Shown piece by piece: positions 47,981 through 55,973 of a stretch of 64,000 nt of DNA. The position numbers and the translations under genes were made by a program. The stretch spans positions 331-64,330 of the forward strand of contig CALUVN010000001.1 of assembly GCA_944324235.1 (NCBI GenBank), in the 5' to 3' direction. Each line of letters starts with the position of its first letter. The first letter of the stretch is position 1. The notes beneath the pieces were generated by a model, which saw only the letters and a list, made by a program, of their open reading frames with translations, had not been told where the DNA came from and made no database searches. The DNA is from Candidatus Gastranaerophilales bacterium. GTDB taxonomy: Bacteria > Cyanobacteriota > Vampirovibrionia > Gastranaerophilales > Gastranaerophilaceae.

Positions 47981-48089
47981 TTAAAAAACCGTTGTCTAAA
48001 GCCTTCCGGATAATAAATACTAATAGCTTGTAACTGTTTATTTACGTGTTAGACTTAATATACCCGAGAGAGGGAAAAGGAGTATAGTA

Positions 48090-48599
48090 ATGATTAACGA
48101 GAAATTGGAAAAAGCATTCAACGATCAAATTAACAAAGAATTCTATTCAGAATATCTTTATCTTTCAATGAAAGCATATTTTGAAAGATTGAATTTAAAA
48201 GGATTTGTAAACTGGTTTGATGTACAGGTTCAGGAAGAGCATGCGCATGCTATGGGTATGTTTGATTATGTACATCAGCGCGGCGGTGAAGTAGAGCTTC
48301 TTGCAATAGACAAACCTGAAACAAAATGGGATTCTCCGCTCCATTGCTTTGAAGAAGTCTTAAAACACGAAGAATTTGTAACATCAAGAATTAATGCCCT
48401 GATGGATGTTGCTGAAGAAGCAAAAGACAGAGCAGCAGTTTCATTCCTCAACTGGTATTTGAAAGAACAGGTTGAAGAAGAAGCAACAGTAGGCGATGTT
48501 CTCGCTACATTAAGACTTATCAAAGATGATGCCAAGGCACTTTTGATGCTTGATAAAGACCTTGCAGCAAGAACTTTTACTGCACCTGTAATAGGTTAA
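48090..48599 (+). CDS. ftn: Non-heme ferritin
   Basis: NDQINKEFYSEYLYLSM and QEEHAHA ferroxidase ligands. 169 aa. A strong SD GGAAAAGGAG lies upstream. Confidence 0.9.
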   Translation: MINEKLEKAFNDQINKEFYSEYLYLSMKAYFERLNLKGFVNWFDVQVQEEHAHAMGMFDYVHQRGGEVELLAIDKPETKWDSPLHCFEEVLKHEEFVTSRINALMDVAEEAKDRAAVSFLNWYLKEQVEEEATVGDVLATLRLIKDDAKALLMLDKDLAARTFTAPVIG

Positions 48600-48608
48600 T
48601 TTTTGTAA

Positions 48609-48640
48609 CGAAAAGCAGGATTTTTATCCTGTTTTTCGTT
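48609..48640 (+). terminator. Intrinsic terminator after ferritin
   Basis: cgaaaagcaggat-tttt-atcctgtttttcg forms a 13-bp stem (one G-U), followed by TT. Confidence 0.65.
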
Positions 48641-48684
48641 CAAACTAACAAAAAAAAATATTCAGAGATTTTAAATTTAACAAG

Positions 48685-50154
48685 ATGAGAATACAATCAA
48701 TAAAAAATAATATTGTTACCCCGAACAATTTTCTGCAATCCGATAAAAAAGAGACCAAAAAAATTGATTCACAGCGTAACACACACATGTCAAATCCAAA
48801 TTTAAACAGGTTTGACAACTATATGGCAATGCTTAACAGAGCAAAAATTTCGTTTAAAGGATACTACGGCGACCAGCAGCCTGCAAAAAAATTGTTCTGG
48901 AATTTGACCGGCAGAAATGATGTTTACGAAGATAACTGGACAAACGAACATCTTTATCAGGTCGGTTACAAAAAATGGGTAAATGCTTCCCCTAACGAAC
49001 TTTTGAAACGCACGCCGGAGCAGGCAATGCAATCTATTCTGACAATAGTTAAACCTCCGTTTCAGTATCCGGGGATTCCTCCGTGCATATATTCTCCGAA
49101 TTATGGAGACAAATGGGGAAGGCATGCCAATTATATAGAAATTAACCCTCGAGCTATTGCCAAATATGATAACGGTAAAGTTTCCGAAGGTTTATTTCAG
49201 GTAATGAAACTTCTTCCGGCAATACCTCCGTCGCCGAGAAGTTTTGCGAACTGTATATTGCTTTCACAGGTATTTCCGAGTACATACGGAGATGGTTACA
49301 TGGACGGAAACGGGCTTTATACTGCTAATTTGCATACAGGAATAAGCAGAAACCTGACATCTCCGGGTTTATACTGCAAAATGGGCGAAGACGAACAGGT
49401 AAAGGCATTTAATGATTTAGCGCACCTTATGGGGTTTAAGACAGGTGCAAGAATGCCGCTTTCTGCAGGACAGCTGCAGGTACAGGGCCGCGGATTTGAT
49501 TGGTGGAAGGATGAGAGGGCATATATTGATGCATGCAAAAATCTGGTTGATTTAGGTTTTGATGCAATATACTTTGACAGTGCAAAACACGTTATAGATT
49601 ACAACGGTTACTGCGGAGTCGGTGCATTGCCTGATTTTTATCAGATGCAAAGAATTACGGAAGCCGTAAGACGTGAGACAGGCAGAGGAGATCTTGCATT
49701 CATAGGTGAAAAATGCAATGACGAGTATGCATACAAAGAAATGGGTTTGACAGCAGGGACTCACTGGGGTCAGGCTGATGATTTCGGAAGTGTGCTGTGG
49801 GAATCTCGAAAACAGAAGGGTAACCGCGATTACGCAGGCGGGCCTGAGGTTTCCAATGACAATGACTACGGCGATATTCGTTACGAACAAAGGTTAAACA
49901 GAATAAGCAACTGTCTTTTCGGATACGACCATATTGCGGATAAACTTCCGACTTATATGCAGATAAACGATATTCTTCCGCTTTCAAATTATACAAACAC
50001 GCATGAGCAGATGGAACGGATTAAAGCAATGCGCGGTTCTGATGCGTGGACGGAATGTGAACGTCACTGGGACGGAATTTTCAACACAGATTGGCCTGCT
50101 CAAAATTATAGAAATGATGCTTACCATTTGTTTGAACATGTTATGTTCAGATAG
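48685..50154 (+). CDS. Divergent alpha-amylase-family (GH13-like) protein, paralog B, with about 65-aa polar N-terminal extension
   Basis: ANYIEINPRA, GFDAIYFDSAKH, FIGEKCN and YMQIND. It is collinear with 36106..37491. The extension is MRIQSIKNNIVTPNNFLQS...AKISFKGYY. Confidence 0.5.
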   Translation: MRIQSIKNNIVTPNNFLQSDKKETKKIDSQRNTHMSNPNLNRFDNYMAMLNRAKISFKGYYGDQQPAKKLFWNLTGRNDVYEDNWTNEHLYQVGYKKWVNASPNELLKRTPEQAMQSILTIVKPPFQYPGIPPCIYSPNYGDKWGRHANYIEINPRAIAKYDNGKVSEGLFQVMKLLPAIPPSPRSFANCILLSQVFPSTYGDGYMDGNGLYTANLHTGISRNLTSPGLYCKMGEDEQVKAFNDLAHLMGFKTGARMPLSAGQLQVQGRGFDWWKDERAYIDACKNLVDLGFDAIYFDSAKHVIDYNGYCGVGALPDFYQMQRITEAVRRETGRGDLAFIGEKCNDEYAYKEMGLTAGTHWGQADDFGSVLWESRKQKGNRDYAGGPEVSNDNDYGDIRYEQRLNRISNCLFGYDHIADKLPTYMQINDILPLSNYTNTHEQMERIKAMRGSDAWTECERHWDGIFNTDWPAQNYRNDAYHLFEHVMFR

Positions 50155-50163
50155 AATATTGTA

Positions 50164-51390
50164 TTAAAAGCGGTTTGTAAAGATTAAAGAGGTGTTGATT
50201 CCTCCGAATGCAAAGTTATTTGACATAACATAATTTGTGTCGATTTCTCTGCCTTCGTGCATAATATAATCAAGCGGTGCGCAAGTTTCGTCCACATTGT
50301 TTAAATTCAAAGTCGGGTGAAACCATTTTTTGTTCATCATTTCAATTGTTAAAATAGCTTCAATCGCCCCGCATGCGCCGAGGGTATGTCCTGTATAGCT
50401 TTTAAGCGAACTTATAGGTACTGCGCGTTTAAAAACATCATAAGTCGCATTGCTTTCGGTCATATCGCCCTGAATTGTACCTGTGCCGTGTGCATTGATG
50501 TAACCTATTTTATCCGGAGAAAGTTTTGCATTTTCCAGAGCAAGCTCCATAACTTTAGCAACAGTCGGCTGATTCGGGGTTGTGATATGATTTCCGTCAG
50601 TATTTGTGCCGAATCCTATTATTTCCGCGATAATATTTGCCCCGCGTTTTTTAGCGTGTTCGTATTCTTCAAGGATTAAAGTGCCTGCGCCTTCACCTAT
50701 TACCAATCCGTCGCGTTCCGCGTCAAACGGGGAAGGTGTGGTTTCCGGAGCGGAATTTTTCTGGCTTGTTGCATAAAGCGTATCAAATATTGCAATCTGT
50801 GTCGGGTGAAGTTCATCAGAGCCGCCTGCTATCATTACATCCGCATAACCGTTTTGAATTGCTTCAAAAGCGCATCCTACTCCCATTGAGCCTGATGTAC
50901 ACGCTGTGGAGGTTGTAATAAGACGTCCTGTTGTTTTAAAATACATTGAAATATTCACTGGCGCAGTGTGTGCCATCATTTTCACATAAGAGCCGGAGGT
51001 CAGGCCTTTTACGGATTTTTCCACCTGCATGGAATAAAAATCTATCAGAGCTTCCATTGTACCTGAGGATGAACCGTAACTGACGCCTGTTCTTCCGTTT
51101 GTGATAACGGAATCATTTAAAAGCCCTGCCTGTTCAAGCGCTTTTTCGGTACTGGCAACGCTCATAACCGATACTCTTCCCATTGTTCGCAGAACTTTAC
51201 GGTTATAGTGGGCAGGAGTTTGAAAATTATCCACAGGTGCTGCAAGTTTTGTATTCAAACGTTCATACTGTTCAAGGTTTTCCATATATTTGACAGTATT
51301 TTTGTAAGTATGCAGTCTTTCAAACGCTGTTTCAGCGTCAAATCCGAGTGAACTTACAAGCGACATTCCTGTTACTACAACACGTCTCAC
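50164..51390 (-). CDS. Beta-ketoacyl-ACP synthase (FabB/F-like; ApeR-like position)
   Basis: C-H-H triad in TSTACTSGSMG, NAHGTGT and YTGHTLGACG. It overlaps the KR gene by 4 nt. Confidence 0.9.
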   Translation of the reverse strand: MRRVVVTGMSLVSSLGFDAETAFERLHTYKNTVKYMENLEQYERLNTKLAAPVDNFQTPAHYNRKVLRTMGRVSVMSVASTEKALEQAGLLNDSVITNGRTGVSYGSSSGTMEALIDFYSMQVEKSVKGLTSGSYVKMMAHTAPVNISMYFKTTGRLITTSTACTSGSMGVGCAFEAIQNGYADVMIAGGSDELHPTQIAIFDTLYATSQKNSAPETTPSPFDAERDGLVIGEGAGTLILEEYEHAKKRGANIIAEIIGFGTNTDGNHITTPNQPTVAKVMELALENAKLSPDKIGYINAHGTGTIQGDMTESNATYDVFKRAVPISSLKSYTGHTLGACGAIEAILTIEMMNKKWFHPTLNLNNVDETCAPLDYIMHEGREIDTNYVMSNNFAFGGINTSLIFTNRF

Positions 51391-52109
51391 AGATACATTC
51401 CTCCGTTTACCGAGATTACCTGTCCCGTAATATATGACGCATCTTCACTCATAAGATAATTAATAAGGCTTGCGACTTCTTTCGGTTTGCCGGCACGTTT
51501 CATCGGAATCATTTTTTTCATTTCATCTAAAGGCAAGTCTTTTGTCATATCAGATTCTATAACCCCCGGAGCAACGCAGTTGACTGTAATTCCGCGTTTT
51601 GCGAGTTCAAGGCTGAGTGCTTTGGTTGCCCCTATAATTCCGGCTTTTGAAGCGCTATAGTTTACCTGTCCGCGGTTTCCGCATAATCCTGAGATTGAAG
51701 AAAGGGTTACAATGCGGCCTTTAATTCTTTTTTCTATCATCGGCATCACAAGAGGTCTGAGAACGTTATAAAATCCGCCGAGATTTGTATTCAAAACGTC
51801 GTCCCACTCGGAGTCTTCCATTGCAGGGAAAACGTTATCACGTGCAATTCCCGCATTAACCACGATGCCGTAGTACATACCGTTTTCTGTAATATCTTTC
51901 AACAGCACGCGGCTGCATTCTTCCCGATTTGTAACATCAAATTTTAAAACACGGGCCTGTCTGCCGGCGGCTTCTATTTCTTTTTTGACTTCATCAGGGG
52001 AAGTACGATTATAGTGAAGAACTATATCATATCCGTTTTTTGCAAGATATAAGGCTGTTTCTCTTCCTATTCCGCGTCCGGAACCTGTTATTAAAATCTG
52101 TTTTTCCAT
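51387..52109 (-). CDS. 3-oxoacyl-ACP reductase, SDR (FabG/ApeQ-like)
   Basis: TGSGRGIGRE cofactor loop, NAG, and the S...YSASK catalytic motif. Confidence 0.9.
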   Translation of the reverse strand: MEKQILITGSGRGIGRETALYLAKNGYDIVLHYNRTSPDEVKKEIEAAGRQARVLKFDVTNREECSRVLLKDITENGMYYGIVVNAGIARDNVFPAMEDSEWDDVLNTNLGGFYNVLRPLVMPMIEKRIKGRIVTLSSISGLCGNRGQVNYSASKAGIIGATKALSLELAKRGITVNCVAPGVIESDMTKDLPLDEMKKMIPMKRAGKPKEVASLINYLMSEDASYITGQVISVNGGMYL

Positions 52110-52550
52110 CTATATTCCTTCAAAATTTACGTCATCTGCCGGCATGTAGGCATTTACGATTGCGTGTGCGCACTCTTCTTCCCCATTATAAATAAAACAC
52201 TCAAAGGAGACAAGGTCGGTATCACCGTAGACTTCTTTTGCCTTTACCGTGTAGGTTTTTCCTTCTTCAAAGCATTTGAGCGTGTTTTTGTAAGAGCGTG
52301 TGCCGAGTAAGAAACCGACTTTAGGCGTGTGTTCGTTGTTTTTGAAATAAGAATAGCAGCCGATTGTCTGTGCCATAAATTCCAGCCCTACAAGCGGGTT
52401 TACACCGTCTTTTTCGAAAAATATTTTGTCTTTTGTAATTGTGACAGAGCAGGTGACCGAATGTTCGGATAAATTTACGTCGATGATGTCGTCAATCAGT
52501 ATCATCGGGTGGTTGTGCGGCAGAACTTTTTCGAGATTATATTTTTTCAT
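52110..52550 (-). CDS. Hot-dog-fold 3-hydroxyacyl-ACP dehydratase (ApeP-like)
   Basis: 146 aa. LPHNHPMILIDDI is the N-terminal motif typical of APE/FabZ-like dehydratases. Confidence 0.75.
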   Translation of the reverse strand: MKKYNLEKVLPHNHPMILIDDIIDVNLSEHSVTCSVTITKDKIFFEKDGVNPLVGLEFMAQTIGCYSYFKNNEHTPKVGFLLGTRSYKNTLKCFEEGKTYTVKAKEVYGDTDLVSFECFIYNGEEECAHAIVNAYMPADDVNFEGI

Positions 52551-53641
52551 CTTTTGTTTCCCATAATTATAACGGCGTTTGTGCCTCCAAAACCGAAGGA
52601 ATTAGACATACAGATATCCAGTTTTTTTGCGTGTGAATTTTTGTCTGCAAGTTTTATTTTTGGCAGTTTGTCATCGTAAATTCCGTCATAAATATGCGGA
52701 AGAAGTCTATTTTCGGGATTTTTAGAGAGCATTTCACAGCAGAGCGCGATTTCAACACTGGCAGCAGCACCGAGACAGTGTCCGGTGAGCGGTTTTGTGG
52801 AGCTTGCATAGACTTTGTCTCCGAAAATTTTGTGGATGGCGTTTGCTTCCATAATATCATTGCTGATTGTGCCTGTTCCGTGCATGTTTATGTAATCAAT
52901 ATCTTCAGGGGATAAACCTGACTGTTTGAGTGCTATTTTAATAGCCTGTGCAGCTTGTTCGCCTTCAGGGTCAGGTGTTGCCGCGTGGTATGCATCGGAA
53001 GTTTCTCCGAGTCCTAATATTTCAATCCCTTTTTCTGCATTTTTTTCCAGAATAAACAGCGCCCCGCCTTCTCCGATATTCATACCTTTCCGGTTTTTGC
53101 TCATCGGGTTTGTGAGGTCGTCAGTCAAAACTTCAAGCGCTCTGAATCCGTATAACGGTAAATCTGCCATTGGTTCTGTTCCGCCTGTGATTACTGCATC
53201 ACAAATCCCGCTGTTCAGAAGCTTTATGGCGGTTGAAAATACTTTTACTCCCGATGTGCAGGCAGTTGAAACCGATGCGTAAAAATTTGTAAAACCGAAA
53301 TATTTTGCCAGAAACTCTGCAGGATTGCCGAACTGGGCGTGTTTTAATTCTCCGTCTTTTTCAAATTCCTGTATTCCGGAGTTTGTAGTACCGATTACTA
53401 TCCCTATTCGGTCTTTGCCGTATTTTTTAATTAAATCTTCAATCTCTTTGCGCATATTGTTTACGCAGTGAAGAAGAATTTTGTTACAGCGTAAATTATA
53501 GTCAGGGTTTTCTATTGCAGGTAATTCCGAATCAATTTTATGCGGACGTATTACTCCGTTTGACGCGTTTTCGAAAATCTCCCCGATATCATCTCCCAGA
53601 CAGCATATTGCAGATGTTTTTGTAATAAAAATTTTTTCCAT
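52547..53641 (-). CDS. Beta-ketoacyl-ACP synthase (ApeO-like)
   Basis: 364 aa with SVSTACTSG, NMHGTGT and LTGHCLGAA. It is the first gene of the minus-strand operon. Confidence 0.85.
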   Translation of the reverse strand: MEKIFITKTSAICCLGDDIGEIFENASNGVIRPHKIDSELPAIENPDYNLRCNKILLHCVNNMRKEIEDLIKKYGKDRIGIVIGTTNSGIQEFEKDGELKHAQFGNPAEFLAKYFGFTNFYASVSTACTSGVKVFSTAIKLLNSGICDAVITGGTEPMADLPLYGFRALEVLTDDLTNPMSKNRKGMNIGEGGALFILEKNAEKGIEILGLGETSDAYHAATPDPEGEQAAQAIKIALKQSGLSPEDIDYINMHGTGTISNDIMEANAIHKIFGDKVYASSTKPLTGHCLGAAASVEIALCCEMLSKNPENRLLPHIYDGIYDDKLPKIKLADKNSHAKKLDICMSNSFGFGGTNAVIIMGNKR

Positions 53642-53660
53642 AACTTTATTTTTACCAACG

Positions 53661-53676
53661 ACTATATTAATATAGT
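53661..53676. promoter_or_regulatory. 16-bp perfect palindrome ACTATATTAATATAGT in the 38-bp divergent gap of the cluster
   Basis: Read directly; the sequence equals its own reverse complement. It contains TATAGT/TATATT -10-like hexamers on both strands. Confidence 0.35.
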
Positions 53677-53679
53677 AGC

Positions 53680-54285
53680 ATGAACCAATTTAATCAAACA
53701 TTTTATATATACAAAACTTCATACATTAAAGATGAAGTGCCTGATGTTGGTTTTTTACCGATGCTTATGCGCCGTAAGCTCAGCAGTATCGGTAAAACCG
53801 CGCTTTATACAATGAATGAAGTTTATGAAGGCAACGATATAAAATTGGTTTACGCATCTAATTACGGCGAACTTGAGCGGGTTAAAAAGCTTCTCGACCA
53901 GAAAAATACGGAAGGCGAGATGTCTCCGACGGGATTTAGTTTTTCCGTGCATAACTCATCGGTGGGACTTTTTTCGCTGTTGAATAAGATTAATTCTCCA
54001 TACAGCTCGATTTCTGCCGGAGAAAACAGTCTGTCTGCGGGGATTCTCGAAAGTGTAATTACAAACGACGATGTCCTTTTCTGTTTTGCCGAATCAGTCG
54101 GGGGGCTCAGAGGTGCAGCGTGTACGTTTGGAAGAAAACCGCGCGTCGGGGCAATAAAAGCTGAACTGCTGCCTAATGACGGAAAAACTTCTGCTGCGGG
54201 CTTTGATGATTTTGTGAATTTCTTGAACGGTGCGAAAGATGAATATGTAAGCGATTTTTACGTATTGAGAAGGTACAATGGTTAG
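53680..54285 (+). CDS. KS-N-terminal-like protein lacking the active-site Cys (chain-length-factor-like, ApeC-like)
   Basis: 201 aa with LPMLMRRKLSSIGKTAL and SPTGFSFSVHNSSVGLFS. There is no C-H-H triad. Confidence 0.6.
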   Translation: MNQFNQTFYIYKTSYIKDEVPDVGFLPMLMRRKLSSIGKTALYTMNEVYEGNDIKLVYASNYGELERVKKLLDQKNTEGEMSPTGFSFSVHNSSVGLFSLLNKINSPYSSISAGENSLSAGILESVITNDDVLFCFAESVGGLRGAACTFGRKPRVGAIKAELLPNDGKTSAAGFDDFVNFLNGAKDEYVSDFYVLRRYNG

Positions 54286-55012
54286 ATTTTTCAGGGCAAT
54301 TGCCGTTTTGATATGTGTAATAATTTTTGGAGCAGGCTCGTGTTTATTGAGTTTTGTGCTTTTCCCGCTTGGCATTTTGTTTGTACCTGCCGGACGCCGC
54401 CGTAAATATTTTACTGCGGTTGTGCATTATTCGTGGAAACTGTTTACCGTAATAATTCAAAAAGCAGGCTGCGTCAGAGTAACTTTTACGGGTGACTTTG
54501 AGAATATCAAGGGAAAAATAATTGCGGCATCTCACCCGAGTTTTATTGATATAGTGCTTTTGATAGGGAAAATCCCGAATTCCGTGTGTATCGCAAAGCA
54601 GGGATTATTGAAAAATCCGATTATGCGTAATATAGTGAAAAATGCCTATATAGTTAACGGCGGCGATACCGAGCAGTTTATTAAAGATGCAAAAAGCTTT
54701 CTGGATGACGGTTTTAACGTTGTGATATTCCCGACAGGCACTCGTACCAAAAAAGGTGAAGATATAAAAATTCATAAAGGCGCGGCTCAGCTTGCCATAG
54801 CCTCAAATATTGATATTATACCCGTAAAAATTGACTGCGATTACGATTTTCTGCAAAAAAATAAATCTATGCTTGATGCAGGCGAACATATAGTGAATTA
54901 TACCCTTGAAATTCAGCCTGTAATCCGCGTTAAAGATTTCGAAAACCTGAATCTTACCGATATCAAACTTCGTAACCATATTTCCGAACGTATTAAAATT
55001 TCAATAAATTGA
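54278..55012 (+). CDS. PlsC-type lysophospholipid/glycerolipid acyltransferase (ApeD-like)
   Basis: HX4D motif ASHPSFID, VIFPTGTR, and an N-terminal TM. Confidence 0.8.
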   Translation: MVRFFRAIAVLICVIIFGAGSCLLSFVLFPLGILFVPAGRRRKYFTAVVHYSWKLFTVIIQKAGCVRVTFTGDFENIKGKIIAASHPSFIDIVLLIGKIPNSVCIAKQGLLKNPIMRNIVKNAYIVNGGDTEQFIKDAKSFLDDGFNVVIFPTGTRTKKGEDIKIHKGAAQLAIASNIDIIPVKIDCDYDFLQKNKSMLDAGEHIVNYTLEIQPVIRVKDFENLNLTDIKLRNHISERIKISIN

Positions 55013-55070
55013 CTTTAACGTTTTATCAGGTTAAAATTTTATATAGACACAGGAATTAGGGATTAGAATT

Positions 55071-55328
55071 ATGAGTTTAGAAGAAGATATTAAAAAATTG
55101 ATTATTAAATCACTTGATCTTGAAGATATAAGTGTTGACGATATAGAAGATGAGGCTCCGCTTTTTAATGAAGGTTTGGGACTTGATTCAATTGATGCCC
55201 TTGAACTCGGTATGGCGCTGAAAAAACAATATAATCTTACGTTAAGTTCCGACAAAGATGATAACAAAGAGTATTTCTATTCGGTAAAAACGCTGGCAGA
55301 TTACATAAGGGGGCAGGGCATTGAATAA
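55071..55328 (+). CDS. Acyl carrier protein 1
   Basis: 85 aa with the phosphopantetheine site GLDSIDALEL. Confidence 0.85.
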   Translation: MSLEEDIKKLIIKSLDLEDISVDDIEDEAPLFNEGLGLDSIDALELGMALKKQYNLTLSSDKDDNKEYFYSVKTLADYIRGQGIE

Positions 55329-55575
55329 ACAATTTACACGCGATGAAATCAGCAAAAAATTAACTGAAATTTTGACTGATGATTTTGAAATTGCACCGGA
55401 AAAAATTAAACCTGATGCAAGCCTTTTTGATGATTTGGAACTTGACAGCATAGACGCGGTGGATCTGGCAGTTAAATTACAATATTTTACCGATAAAAAA
55501 ATTGCACCGGAAAATTTCAAACAAATTAAAACCGTTGATGATGTTGTAAAAGCTATAGAAGATTTGCTGAAATGA
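55321..55575 (+). CDS. Acyl carrier protein 2 (TTG start, 8-nt overlap with ACP 1)
   Basis: 84 aa with ELDSIDAVDL. Confidence 0.8.
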   Translation: MNKQFTRDEISKKLTEILTDDFEIAPEKIKPDASLFDDLELDSIDAVDLAVKLQYFTDKKIAPENFKQIKTVDDVVKAIEDLLK

Positions 55576-55973
55576 AGTTGAGATTTTTATTACCGATATC
55601 TTTTACTTTACTGGTAATTTTTCTATTCTGGTATACCAGAATTTTTGCGTTTAAATTTTATCCGGTCATAATGGATTTTCTGTTTTTTGCGATGTTCTTT
55701 TCATCTCTTTTTATGAAAGAAACAGTAATCCAAAAAATTGCAAGAATGATGGAGGGCGGAGAGTTAAATGATTTTGTAAAAAAATATACAAGAAATTTGA
55801 CATATATCTGGTGTGTATTTTTGTTTGCAAATTTTTTAATCGCACTGTCAACAGTGTTTATGGATGATAAAATCTGGATGCTCTATAACGGATGTATTTC
55901 TTATCTTGCAGTCGGCACATTTTTTATAATCGAATACATAATCCGCATTATAATGAAGAAAAAATACGAATGA
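55572..55973 (+). CDS. Small integral membrane protein (ApeG-like position)
   Basis: 133 aa with 4 hydrophobic segments. It overlaps both neighbours by 4 nt. Confidence 0.6.
   Translation: MKLRFLLPISFTLLVIFLFWYTRIFAFKFYPVIMDFLFFAMFFSSLFMKETVIQKIARMMEGGELNDFVKKYTRNLTYIWCVFLFANFLIALSTVFMDDKIWMLYNGCISYLAVGTFFIIEYIIRIIMKKKYE

Noticed and set aside
48009-48027. A Fur-box-like GATAATAAATACTAATAGC lies upstream of ferritin.
   Set aside because: Only about 11 of 19 positions match the GATAATGATAATCATTATC consensus, and there is no dyad symmetry. AT-rich background makes such matches expected.
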